Origin: Octopus vulgaris
Lineage: Eukaryota
DNA: 64,000 nt
Direction: 5' to 3'
Assembly: GCA_951406725.2 (NCBI GenBank)
Contig: OX597814.1
Location: 151,218,001-151,282,000 of the forward strand
The notes under the pieces are model-generated. The model saw only the letters and a list, made by a program, of their open reading frames with translations, searched no databases and was not told where the DNA came from. A program made the translations under genes and the position numbers. Below, one piece after another: positions 12,732 to 25,800 of this stretch. Numbering within the stretch: the first letter of the stretch is position 1; every line of letters starts with the position of its first letter.

Positions 12732-13580
12732 GAATAAATAAATGGAGTTTAACGCAGATGTAATCAAATATTTTTACTTTCGACACATGTTTCGAAAATT
12801 CCACTGATACTATTCAAAAGAATAAATGGTATAAACAATGCAATCTTCTCCTCAGGAAAGTGAAAAAAGCGAAACTTGTCAATAAGACATTTTAGCAAAA
12901 AATGATGGATTTGTATAGCGATAGACAGAATGCTATTAATATTGTTTAAAAAAACGTTATATGATATAACGTCATAAGTAGCTAACAAAAAGAGTAGGGA
13001 TACCAATAGTGAATGTTAAATATAAAGGAAATTAAAGTTTAAATTATATATAATGATAGAAACTACTTATATGCACTAAATGTATGTTTTTCCCAATGCT
13101 TACATCTGTATGCTCACTCTATAACCGTGTTTACTAGAGTATTTTTAGAAAAAATAATGAAAAATAGCTCAGAATTGCAAAGAAGACAGAATTCCTTGCC
13201 TTTGTCATATGGTATCGAAATTGAGAGAATCAACCATTCTAAATGAAATTGTTCATTGTGGTCTTTTAAATCCCAAATCAGTTTGCTGAGACCGGTACTA
13301 TTGCGTTTATTTCTATCCCTAAATATTGAGTAATGGATAGAAATTCTTTTAGATAACTCTAACGATGTGCTTCCAATGTAAAATCGTACTTTATTACGAG
13401 TACTGATTATACACTGGTATATAGAATTTCTAATCTTAGAGTTACTTGACATAAACTTAATTCTATTGGAATTTACTCCAGATACAATAACCTTGTTATT
13501 AATATTTCTAGAGGGTTGGATGGTATTAGCTAAATTAATGTTAGTATTAGTAAATGTATTAATATTTAACAGTTTGTTAT
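12732..13580 (-). mobile_element. Penelope-like element 3' fragment (GIY-YIG endonuclease) inserted in (TA)n
   Basis: ORF 13114-13635: SIYQCII...FYIGSTS...RISIHYSIF...STGLSKLIWDLK...CLLCNSELFFI. (TA)n on both sides; hammerhead downstream; absent from the mirror arm near 26250-26320. Confidence 0.85.
12776..12861 (-). ncRNA. Type I hammerhead ribozyme at the 3' end of a Penelope-like element
   Basis: Minus strand ACTTTC-CTGAGGA-[stem II GAAGATT...AATTTTC, extended]-GAAAC-ATGT-GTC-GAAAGT. Full core, stem I ACTTTC/GAAAGT, GUC triplet; predicted cut between 12782 and 12781. Confidence 0.82.
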
Positions 13581-16500
13581 TATATATATATGCACAATGG
13601 TCTTCTTTCAGTTCCTGTCTACCAAATCCACTCACAAGGCTTAAGTCAGCCCAAGGCTATTGTAGAAGACACTTGCCTGAGGTGCCACACAGCGGGACTG
13701 AACCATGTGGTTGGGAAGATCAAAACATCTTTCAATGCTGTTTTTCCATGCACAATGTAACAGTTATTTCACTTTCCTATGCAGCTCTTTTTTATAGCGG
13801 CAGAGTGTAATTTGAGGGAGATTTGGCTATTGTTTCTAACAGGTTGATTGGACATCCCCACCCCTACTTTATTGGCTTGATAACTTTAAATCAACTAGGG
13901 ATTTGGGGTTATTTTTGAGAAGTCTATATATGTAGCTTTATATAGTACTCAGTGTCAGGAAGGTATTCACTGCTACAGGAAAACTTTTTAACAGTTCCAT
14001 CAGGGGAGAATCATTTCAGCATTCACTTTTCATTTATTTCTCCACACCCAATTGTTAAGAAGTTCTACTGTAATTTTTATGCCTGGGTCATTTACAAAGA
14101 GATGTAGTAGAAGTGTCAGCATCCTGGTTACAAAAGCGAGACAGAAGTTTTTGATACTTCACAGTAGACAACATGATTAAGAAAAAAATGAAAATCATAC
14201 AACAGTTTTTGTCTGTTCTCAAATGGTTACAACAATTGTTTTGCAATGTAACTGTTTCAGTTTGTCATACAGGTAGCGTAATTTTTCCCAATATTTTACG
14301 AGAACATGTCTGGCAATGAGGAAATATTGTCTTGCTTGGAAACAGGTGAAGGTTCGTGATGGGATGGATATTCAGATGTAGAAAATCTGTTTCAATAAAC
14401 TTCATCCCACCCATGTAAGCATGAACAGGTGGAGATTAAAGACGATAGTATTGTTGGGCAAAACATGACTGTCCAGTTATTACTTCAAACCAGTCATAGC
14501 CAAAAGAAGCTGAGAAGTCATGGGGAATGATGGCTTTAAAGACAAGCAATGAAAGAACTGGGAGATCAATAGAAACACCAATATATTTAAAGACATGGAA
14601 AAGAGAAACCATGAGCCATAAGATATGGAAACTTTTGTTAATGACGTTCAGAACTGTAAAATAGACTTATGTTAAAATTTGACAGCCAAAGCTATTAGTT
14701 GCAATTGTGTATATTGGAGAAGAGGGAAGAGAAAAATTTTACAATCTACATTTCACTTGTGTTTACTGTTGCAGTTAATGACATTGGCCAAGTTTGAAAT
14801 CCAGTGCTTTTTTAGGTAGTGAGGAACAAGTTATATGTTACACAACAAATGATAGAGCAATCTTTTATATGAGCTTCTGTTGGGTAAATATCTACACTGG
14901 TACCACCTGACGACCAACAGAGGGGTACACAACAAGTCTTTGTTATTCTCAAACCTGGTATCTAGCTTGAATGTTTGCAATAAGGTGAAATCTGTGATGG
15001 GTGCCTGAGGGTTGAGAGGTAATATTAACCCTTTAGTGTTCAGACTACTCGGTCAAATGTAATGCTTATTTATTCTCATTGATGTTTTTAGAATGATATT
15101 GTAGGATAGGTGAGAGAAGCCAGATCTGAGCTGTTTGTGCATAAAGCAAGAAGAATATTTGGGCTAGATATGGTAGGATTAAATGACCTTAGACAACAAT
15201 AAGTAAAAATATTGAGTGATACAAATCTTTATACCATTTGGCTGGATGTATAATCTTATGAGTTAACCTTTAGAATTCTCTGAAGAACCAATACCATTTA
15301 GACTTTTTAATATACAGGCTTGTGTGAGGAGGGCCATCAGTTCATGGAAACAGCAACAATTACATGGTGATTATATAAATATAATAAAATACAAAACAAG
15401 AATAAAGAATTTTATAGCTGATAGGTTTTGCTTACTTACGTAGTTTATACTTATTTTCTGATATTTTCTGTGGAGGAGTATTTTCATAAAGATTTTCATA
15501 ATACCATGGTAGTCGGATAATGGTGTACTTATTAACTCCGCTATTTTTTACATATTCTTCAACTTCAGCTTTGCCATCAAAGTGATCGCACACTAGGCCA
15601 CTGATGCGAACTGCACTTTCTAAACCACTGTAGACAACGTGGTTAACTTTCAGTTCACAACATGTGTTTATAATGTTCTTCCCCTGCAAAGAGTAACAAT
15701 GAATTATAGAATAGATTTCTTTCGTTGTATCTTCATATATACATGAAACCATGGAAAAGTTAAATGCAAAATGTTTCTGAAAAATTTACTCATGAAATAT
15801 TTAACATACAAAAGACAATCATCATCATTTAATGTCTGCTTTTTCCAGGGTTGCATAGGGCAGATGGAAATTGTTGAGACAGATTTTCTATAGCTGGATG
15901 CCCTTTCTGTTGCCTCACCTGTTTCCAGGCAAGATAACCAGACATGGTTTTCATGGAACACTGGAAACAAGCACCATAACTTGTATGATGGGTTGTGCTA
16001 ATATATAATAATCATGTGATGTCAATACAAGGGTACATACAAATACATATATATATAAATATATATATATTGTGTGAATGTTTATGTCTGTGTTTGTGTG
16101 TGTTTCTATGTACTTGTCTTGACATGTGAGATATATGACAAGCGTCTTCTTTCTGTCTACCATACCCACTTATGAGGCTTTGGCTGGCCCGTGGGTATAG
16201 TGGAAGACATTACTCCAGGTGCCACACAGGAGCATTGAACTCAAGATGACATGGTTAGGAAGCAAGCTTCTTAACCACACAGCTACATCTGTGCTGCAAG
16301 GCAAAGTTAAATGCAAAAGGTTTTTGAATATTTTTGCATCAAATATTTGAGACATAAAATTTCTTTAAATATAAGCAGCTGTTATCTTTTACCTTTTACT
16401 TGTTTCAGTCATTATATTGTGGCCATGCTGGGGCACCTCCTTGAAGAATTTTAGTTCGAAGAATTGACTCCAGTGCTTGTTTTTTTTTAGGGGGGGAAGC

Positions 16501-17097
16501 CTGGTACTTATTCTATTGGTCTCTATTGCTAAGCTACTAAGTTATGAAGGCATAAACACACCATGGAGGGAGCAAACAAAGATATATGCATGCACACACA
16601 CACATACAATGCGCTTCTTTCAGTTTCTGTCAACCAAATCCACTCACAAGGATCTGGTTGGCCCAAGGCTCTAGTAAAATACACTTGCCCAAGGTGCCGT
16701 GCAGCAGAACTGGTTGAGAAGTATTCTCCCTATCATTAACCAATTGAATCCAATAATTATAATTTTCAATTCCAAGAAAAACTCCTCCCAAAGGTAGACT
16801 ATATGATGCTTGTATGCAAATAGCTATACTCCATGGTAGTGAGACATGGGCTCTGAATGCAGAAGACATGCGTAGACTAGAGAGAGAGATGAAGGTAGTA
16901 TGCTCCATAGGATGTACAACATCAGTGCGTATGTACAACAAAGTGCAAATGTATTGAGAGAAAAGTTGGGCATAATAGGAATCAAATGTAGCATGCAAGA
17001 GAGAAGACTATGTTGGTTTGGGTATGTGATGTGTATGAATGAGGACAGCTGCATAAAGAAGTGCTGATCACTGAAAGTGGATGGTATCTGCAGAAGA

Positions 17098-17560
17098 TAT
17101 CTGCGTCTGTATGATGGATACCCATCAGCACCTGTGTGAGTTTCTTGTAGGAATCTCCTTGGAAATCTTTTTGAACATATGCTGTCCTTCAAGCATGGTG
17201 AGTTTATGTTGAATCCACGCCCATATGGACCATGTACCATGTTTGCTTTAACTATTTCGTATAGTTCTTTGTCTAAAGCTGGATCAGGAAGCTCTACAGA
17301 GATTATGCTGTCGATGTCATTGGAATTGATCTTCGCTGAGAGCCAAAGCATGATATGAGCATGTGGAAGGCCCATTTTTTGCCACTCGATTGTGTACATG
17401 TCACATTGTATGGGCCCAAAGACTTTCCCTTTTTGTATGAGCTCCATGAGAGAGATTAACTTCAGATTGAAAACTCGGGCGTTGAGATTCCGGTTTGAAT
17501 GTAAGGCAGGTTTGAAAGTGTTCCCAACAGTTATTAGTTGTAGTGATACAGTGTTTATGC
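17098..17560 (-). mobile_element. Helitron Rep (HUH endonuclease) fragment
   Basis: ARVFNLKL...VFG...YTIEWQKMGLPHAHIMLWL...ISVELPDP...MVHGPYG...CSKRFPR...GYPSYRRR. Confidence 0.88.
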
Positions 17561-18778
17561 CGAATATGTACGTATGCATGTATATATATGTATGTATGCC
17601 TGTATATATGTACAAATTCCACTGAGAAGGCTTTTGTTGGTCTGAGGCTACAGCAGAAGACACATACCAAGTCACCACACAGTAGGACTGAACCCAGGAC
17701 CACGTGTTTGGAACGTAGTTTGTTACCACACAGCCACACCTGCCCCTATGTATGTGTGTGTGTGTGTGTATGTGTGTATGACTAGATACATTATGCATGT
17801 ATATATGTGTATATATATGTGTACATATTACATGTACATCTATATATATACATCTACACATAAAATACAAAATTATATCTTGATATTGCAAGTGATAACA
17901 ATACTCAAAATATATAACACACTGGAATTGTAGGCCCGTCTCTTGCAATTTCGATCAATTGGATCTTGTCCTCCCTCTTGTATAGAAGTGTACGGCTGCA
18001 GCGAAATTCATTCTATCGAAGGCATTTTAACAAAAATGCTTCCGTAAAGACGGTGAAAATATTGTCAATTTCCCCAAACAGGGACAATTCAATTTTTAAA
18101 CAATAACCAAAGCCCCTTCTCCGAAAAGGGGAGGGTTACGGTTTACAATTATTTAGCAAATGCAACACAACAACGTTTCCCTGACGAGGAACCAACAAAC
18201 GTGATTACAATAGTCAAACAGTAATAATAATAACAACAAACCTTTTTAAATTATACCTATTTATGTGAAACCACTTATTCAAATTCAAGTCATTGATGCA
18301 ATTTTATACGAATTGCTAATACACACACACACACACATAATAAGGGTGAAAAATTGAATATTAATTTGATTAATATGAATTGAAAACCAGTGGTGTAGCA
18401 TATAAGACCATAGCGGATCTTCTGCTAGCAAAATGGATGACCATTGTTAATGGTTCATCCCTGTTATATAATACTTTCACTTTAATAGTGAAAGTGTCTG
18501 CATTACAAAAGAGAGATGTTTTTGTTTCACTTTTAACACGTAATACTGAAATAGTGGAGAAGATATGATATTGCTGTGGGGTCGCCCTAGGGAAAAAGTT
18601 AAGTTTTTTTTTGCCGATGACACTCTCCGGACCTTAGGTAAGGCTTGTGTAAAATTTGAATGAAATTGGTTATGTAGTTCTAAAGTTTTAGGGAAACACA
18701 CAGACAGACAGACAGACACACATTCTCAGTTTTATATAGAGAGATTATTTCACTAATGAAATATGCTATCCGAAACTG

Positions 18779-19190
18779 AGCAGGAGTGGCTGTGTGGTAA
18801 GTAGCTTGCTAACCAACCACATGGTTCTGGGTTCAGTCCCACTTCGTGGCATCTTGGGCAAGTGTCTTCTGCTATAGCCCCGGGCCGACCAATGCCTTGT
18901 GAGTGGATTTGGTAGACGGAAACTGAAAGAAGCCTGTCGTATATATGCATATATATATATATGTATGTTTGTGTGTTTGTGTGTCTGTGTTTGTTCCCCT
19001 AGCATTGCTTGACAACCGATGCTGGTGTGTTTACGTCCCCGTCACTTAGCGGTTCGGCAAAAAGAGACCGATAGAATAAGTACTGGGCTTACAAAAAGAA
19101 TAAGTCCCGTGGTCGAGTTGCTCGACTAAAAGGCGGTGCTCCAGCATGGCCGCAGTCAAATGACTGAAACAAGTAAAAGAGTAAAGGAGT
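18779..19190 (+). mobile_element. Near full-length SINE copy upstream of NmrA-like exon 1
   Basis: Same family as 10725-11115. Confidence 0.85.
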
Positions 19191-19822
19191 AAAGTGTCTG
19201 AAGTAGCCAAATATATAGGCTAAGTCTTCTATCGCTTTCGGTAAATTAAATTCAATGCAAAGGTCTTCCTGAAAGACCGTTATATGGAGTTTAATTAGGA
19301 AGCCATTAAAATAAGCAAAGTTTTCCTTTATTAGAATTCTACTCACGACCAGAATGCATTATGGAAGGTCAGATTGATCCTGTAATTTGACAGGTCAAAT
19401 ATTTTATGCTTAATTATTAATGATTACAGGCAAAGTAAATTTCGGCAGGATTTCAGCTACATTTTATATTGTGTACAAAATTTTATGAGAATAAAATCAT
19501 TTTCAAGATTTAATTGAGTAATAATTTTTTAAAAAAACTAATTGATTTTTTTAATTTTAAAGAAATGATTTAAGCGTTCTCATAATGTTTTAACTATATC
19601 GAAGGGAGACTACTGATAAAGCACTTGCTAATCGTCAACTGTCACTTCGCCACCGCTCATTAGTGTTTTCATTTAAAATATTCCTTAAGCGGCTCATTCC
19701 AGCGTGTGTGTGTGTGTTTTTATCTTTTTTTGAATGCTAATAAACATTTGAAAATTGCACTTATTTATATCAACATACCACTTATTTGAGTTGTAAAAAT
19801 TCCACCCAAAAATATCAAAATT

Positions 19823-22800
19823 ATGGCGGAGGAAGCTGAGAAAGAACCTGAGACAGCAGAACCCGAGACAGAATCAGAAAATGAGACAAAAATTATAACA
19901 GTTTTTGGTGCCACTGGTATGCAAGGTGGATCTGTTGTTAGAGCCCTGTGCCAAGAAAGTTCAAAGTTTAAAGTAAGAGCAGTAACAAGACATCCAGACG
20001 GAGAAAGAGCCCAAGAATTAAAAGAGTTAGGTACGTTATGGTATTTCATTTCGCTAAATTTTCGACCAAATTTAATGTGTATATTTGAAACAAGCTGTTC
20101 AGTTGTTGTTGTTTTTTCTAAATTTCGTATCTTTAACTAAATTCGAATAATGGGAAAATGTAGTCAAAATACTTCTTACATGTATCAGAAAAGACTGAAC
20201 TTTAAATTTTTATAAAGTTTTAAAGGGTAATAAATAACTGAACGAAAAACAATGATGTTGCAAATGAAATTTTAAATCTATTTACACTAAAACCGTTCTT
20301 TGTTTCCTGCAATATCTTTATTCGGGATATTCTTAATATTAAAGAACATAGAATAATGTCATTCATCACTAGACAGAAAAACAAAAGCTTTTAATTATTA
20401 ATTTGAGATATGTGAATGTTTACCACTCTATAATTATTGTAGAATATTGTGCAATTTATATACAGTTTCAAAGTTACATATTTTAATTTTTTTTTCTCGT
20501 CCAAGTTTTACATTTTTCCTCGCTTTTTTTTTTATTTACCACGATAAATAAATATTTTGATACAGGGGATACAAATCTGGTGAAAATGGTTTACAAGTGC
20601 GAGTTAGCTTGTCAGTAGGGATATATCGACTTCTAACGGAAGGCTCAATGCCACAAATGTTATACGTAAAAAAGCAATCAATTAAATATGACCCAAAAGT
20701 TGACTAGTATTTGTTTTATCGACCTCAGAAGTATAAAAAAAACGGAGTCGACCTTGGCGGGAATTGAATTTGAGCGTAAAAGGAAAGTAAACAATCGTTT
20801 CTGTGGCACATTTCCCTAATCAGGATTTGTTTTAGGAAGATAAATATTGAATGTTTTAGATATTTCCCTAATGCTTAGTTCCTATGTTCATAATAAGTTG
20901 ATAATTAAATATTATTTCCATTTATTTTATCTATTAATTAATACCATATAACTCAGGACAACCTGCCCCGTGATCGGCGATTGAGCTGGGTTATCCTACC
21001 TTATTCGCTTAGTAAGGAGAGGTGTGACAATGAAACCTGTCTAACGGGCAAAATCCCTTGAACAGAGACACCCAACGGGCCACCATATTTGGCGGGGGGG
21101 GGGACACTACATGATGATGCAGATAAATTATTTAAGAGAGGGGACATTGGAGGATGTGATCTTGTGTCAGATGATGAAAGGTTATAGTGAGGCAGAGAGA
21201 CAGAAACAGGTGTCTTGCTGTAGAGGTGGTACAAAGTTACTCGGCTGGAGAGAGATCAGGGATGAAGGCAGAAACAGGTGCGCTGCTGCTAAGGAAATAC
21301 ATGGTTACCTAACCAGAGGAACGTTCAGGAGAAGGAGAGAGAGGGAGACAGCAGGATAGAGATGGTGGCAAAGTGCTGGGCATACACAATGATACAGTAA
21401 GACAGAGCATGGGTAGAACAGGTCGGAAGCTTGCAGATAGCAGTGATACAATTGCACAGAGCCAAGAGGACAGGATAGGGGAGTGGGAAGTAAGCTGAGC
21501 GCATGAAGTGGAAATGTGAGGAAAAGAAGAGATGTAGTTTGTAGTGTGTGAGAAATTTTCTTAAGTGTGTATGGGACACACAGGACTTCTAGAACTCAGT
21601 TTCACTGACGTGGATGGGTTTTCTCAAGAACTTCAGGTGTCTTCGTTCATTGTCATTTCCTCCGTGAGGCCCAATATCCTCAGATCAGTCCTTACTACTT
21701 CATCGCATGTCTTCCTGAGTCTCCCTCTTCTGCAGATACCATCCACATTCAGTGATCAGCACTTCTTTATGCAGCTGTCCTCATTCATACACCTCACATG
21801 TCCAAACCAACATAGTCTTCTCTCTTGCATGCTACATTTGATTCCTCTTATGCCCAACTTTTCTCTCAATACATTTGCACTTTGTTGTACATACGCACTG
21901 ATGTTGTACATCCTATGGAGCATACTACCTTCATCTCTCTCTCTAGTCTACGCATGTCTTCTGCATTCAGAGCCCATGTCTCACAACCATGGAGTATAGC
22001 CATTTGCATACAAGCATCATATAGTCTACCTTTCGCTCTGAGAGAAAGTCCTTTTGTTGCTAACAGAAGTAATAGTTCTCTGAACTTCCTCTGCCCAATT
22101 CTTATTCTAGAAACAATACCTTCAGAGCATCCTCCACCATTGCTAATTTGGTCACCTAGGTAACAGAAACGATTTACAACCTCAAGAGAACCTCCTGGGC
22201 ATTAAGACGACTTATCTGTTAATCTACCTATGATTCCACTGCACCTCATGTCCACAGTTTATACTGGGTTCAGCGAGTGGAATTTCTTCCAACTCCTTTC
22301 CAACATATTCAGCAGAGCCATTTACCTGACAGAAAAAGAGTTTTATCTTCTTTCTTAGTTACAACAACTTTGGTCTTCACTAGGTTAACTTTAAAGCCCT
22401 TTGATTCCAGATTTTGTTTCCATACCTTGGATTTCTTCTCCAATTCTGTTGAAATCTTGAAGCTATGAGATGATGCATGACTAATTCAAAACAATGTGAA
22501 TAAATTAGCCTTACATTTGAGAGTTATCAGAGTGCCAAAAGCTTAAATATTTTCCCTTTTTTGCATGTGTTCACAGGTTGTGAAGTAGTTGAAGGAGATT
22601 ATGAAGAATGTGACCTGATCAGAGACTGTCTAAAAGGAGCATGGGGATGTTTTGCTGTCACAGATTACTTTGAAACAATGGATAAATCTTGTGAAGTGCA
22701 ACAAGTAAGCAATATCAACTTTTCCTCTATGTATACAGTTCTCCTCCTTTCATTTTGCTGAGGATTAGTGTTGTTGAAAGCATTGCATAATACAAGCGTA

Positions 22801-25800
22801 TGTGGGAGCTTTTATGTAGTCACTCAAACCAGCTAGAAATATCACCCAGATGTCCTTCACTTCACATCTGCTGTCTTAATAATAAGTAATAAGGAAACAT
22901 TCGGCCATATGATATTATAACGCATGGATGAAAGTTACTATGGTCACTGACTGAACACCTTTTGATTACAGATCCATTCTAAAGGGGCTGACCTAGAACT
23001 GGACTGTAAAAATACTGTATGGTATAAAGTCATCCTTTGGGAGGAGTTTTTCTTGGAATTAAAAATTATAATTGTTAGATTCAGTTGGTTAATGATAGGG
23101 AGAATACTTCTCAACCAGTTCTGCTGCACGGCACCTTGGGCAAGTGTATTTTAGTAGAGCCTTGGGCCAACCAGATCCTTGTGAGTGGATTTGGTTGACA
23201 GAAACTGAAAGAAGCGCATTGTATGTGTGTGTGTGCATGCATATGTCTTTGTTTGCTCCCTCCATGGTGTGTTTATGCCTTCATAACTTAGTAGCTTAGC
23301 AATAAAGACCAATAGAATAAGTACCAGGCTTCCAGAAAAATAAAAACAAGCACTGGAGTCAATTCTTCAAACTAAAATTCTTCAAGGAGATGCCCCAGCA
23401 TGGCCACAATATAATGACTGAAACAAGTAAAAGGTAAAAGATAACAGCTGCTTATATTTAAAGAAATTTCATGTCTCAAATATTTGATGCAAAAATATTC
23501 AAAAACCTTTTGCACTTAACTTTGCCTTGCAGCACAGATGTGGCTGTGTGGTTAAGAAGCTTGCTTCCTAACCATGTCATCTTGAGTTCAATGCCCCTGT
23601 GTGGCACCTGGAGTAATGTCTTCCACTATACCCGCGGGCCAGCCAAAGCCTCATAAGTGGGTATGGTAGACAGAAAGAAGACGCTTGTCATATATCTCAC
23701 ATGTCAAGACAAGTACATAGAAACACACACAAACACAGACATAAACATTCACACAATATATATATTTATGTATAAATGTATTTGTATGTACCCTTATATT
23801 GACATCACATGATTATTATATATTAGCATCACCATCATACAAGTTATGGTGCTTGTTTCCAGTGTTCCATGAAAACCATGTCTGGTTATGTTGCCTGGAT
23901 TCAAGTGAGGGTTAGCAACAGAAAGGGCATCCAGCCATAGAAAATCTGTCTCAACTATTTCCATCTGCCCTATGCAACCCTGGAAAAAGTGGACATTAAA
24001 TGATAATGATTGTCTTTTGTATGTTAAATATTTCATGAGTAAATTTTTCAGAAACATTTTGCATTTAAATTTTCCATGGTTTCATGTATATATGAAGATA
24101 CAACGAAAGAAATCTATTCTATAATTCATTGTTACTCTTTGCAGGGGAAGAACATTATAAATACATGTTGTGAACTGAAAGTTAACCACGTTGTCTACAG
24201 TGGTTTAGAAAGTGCAGTTCGCATCAGTGGCCTAGTGTGCGATCACTTTGATGGCAAAGCTGAAGTTGAAGAATATGTAAAAAATAGTGGAGTTAATAAG
24301 TACACCATTATCCGACTACCATGGTATTATGAAAATCTTTATGAAAATACTCCTCCACAGAAAATATCAGATAATAAGTATAAACTACGTAAGTAAGCAA
24401 AACCTATCAGCTATAAAATTCTTTATTCTTGTTTTGTATTTTATTATATTTATATAATCACCATGTAATTGTTGCTGTTTCCATGAACTGATGGCCCTCC
24501 TCACACAAGCCTGTATATTAAAAAGTCTAAATGGTATTGGTTCTTCAGAGAATTCTAAAGGTTAACTCATAAGATTATACATCCAGCCAAATGGTATAAA
24601 GATTTGTATCACTCAATATTTTTACTTATTGTCTAAGGTCATTTACGCCTGCCATATCTAGCCCAAATATTCTTCCTGCTTTATGCACAAACTGCTCAGA
24701 TCTGGCTTCTCTCACCTATCCTACAATATCATTCTAAAAAACATCAATGTGAATAAATAAGCATTATATTTGACCGAGTAATCTGAACATTAAAGGGTTA
24801 ATACTACCTCTCAACCCTCGGGCACCCATCACAGATTTCACCTTATTGCAAACATTCAAGCTAGGTACCAGGTTTGAGAATAACAAAGAATGTTGTGTAC
24901 TCCTCTGTTGGTCGTCAGGTGGTACCAGTGCAGATATTTACCCAGCAGAAGCTCATATAAAAGATTGCTCTATCACTTGTTCTTCCTCACTACCTAAAAA
25001 AGCACTGGATTTCAAACCTGGCCAATGTCATTAACTGCAATGGTAAACATAAGTGAAATGTAGATTGTAAAATTTTTCTCTTCATTCTTCTCCAATATAC
25101 ACAATTGCAACTAATAGCTTTGGCTGTCAAATTTTAACATAAGTCTATTTTACAGTTCTGAATGTCATTAACAAAAGATTCCATATCTTATGGCTCATGG
25201 TTTCTCTTTTCCATGTCTTTAAATATATTGGTGTTTCTATTGACCTCCCAATTCTTTTGTTGCTTGTCTTTAAAGCCATCATTCCCCATGACTTTACAGC
25301 TCAGCTTCTCTTGGTTCTGACTGGTTTGAAGTAATAACTGGACAGTCATGTTTTGCCCAACAATACTATCGTCTTTAATCTCCACCTCTTCATGCTTACA
25401 TGGGTGGGATGAAGTTTATTGAAACAGATTTTCTACATCTGAATATCCATCCCGTCACCAACCTTCACCTGTTTCCAAGCAAGACAATATTTCCTCATTG
25501 CCAGACATGTTCTCGTAAAATATTGGGAAAAATTACGCTACCTGTATGACAAACTGAAACAGTTACATTGCAAAACAATTGTTGTAACCATTTGAGAACA
25601 GACAAAAACTGTTGTATGATTTTCATTTTTTTCTTAATCATGTTGTCTACTGTGAAGTATCAAAAACTTCTGTCTCACTTTTGTAACCAGGATGCTGACA
25701 CTTCTACTACATCTCTTTGTAAATGACCCAGGCATAAAAATTACAGTAGAACTTCTTAACAATTGGGTGTGGAGAAATAAATGAAAAGTGAATGCTGAAA

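Larger units (their letters stand above)
9530..17097 (-). pseudogene. Inverted partial duplicate of the NmrA-like gene (part of intron 1, intron 2, exon 3, intron 3, 5' part of exon 4)
   Basis: Reverse complement of 21726-26978 with indels. Exon 3 copy at 15683-15440 keeps both splice sites (KISENK versus KISDNK). Exon 4 copy stops at 9530. Exons 1, 2 and 5 are absent. Confidence 0.88.

Noticed and set aside
15432-15752. Second NmrA-like ORF as an intact paralogue
   Set aside because: No exon 1, exon 2 deleted, exon 4 truncated at 9530 and no exon 5; treated as a pseudogene fragment.
16824-17948. 374-aa ORF, the longest in the track
   Set aside because: Chance read-through of microsatellite, SINE, Helitron Rep fragment and antisense RTE sequence; not a gene.
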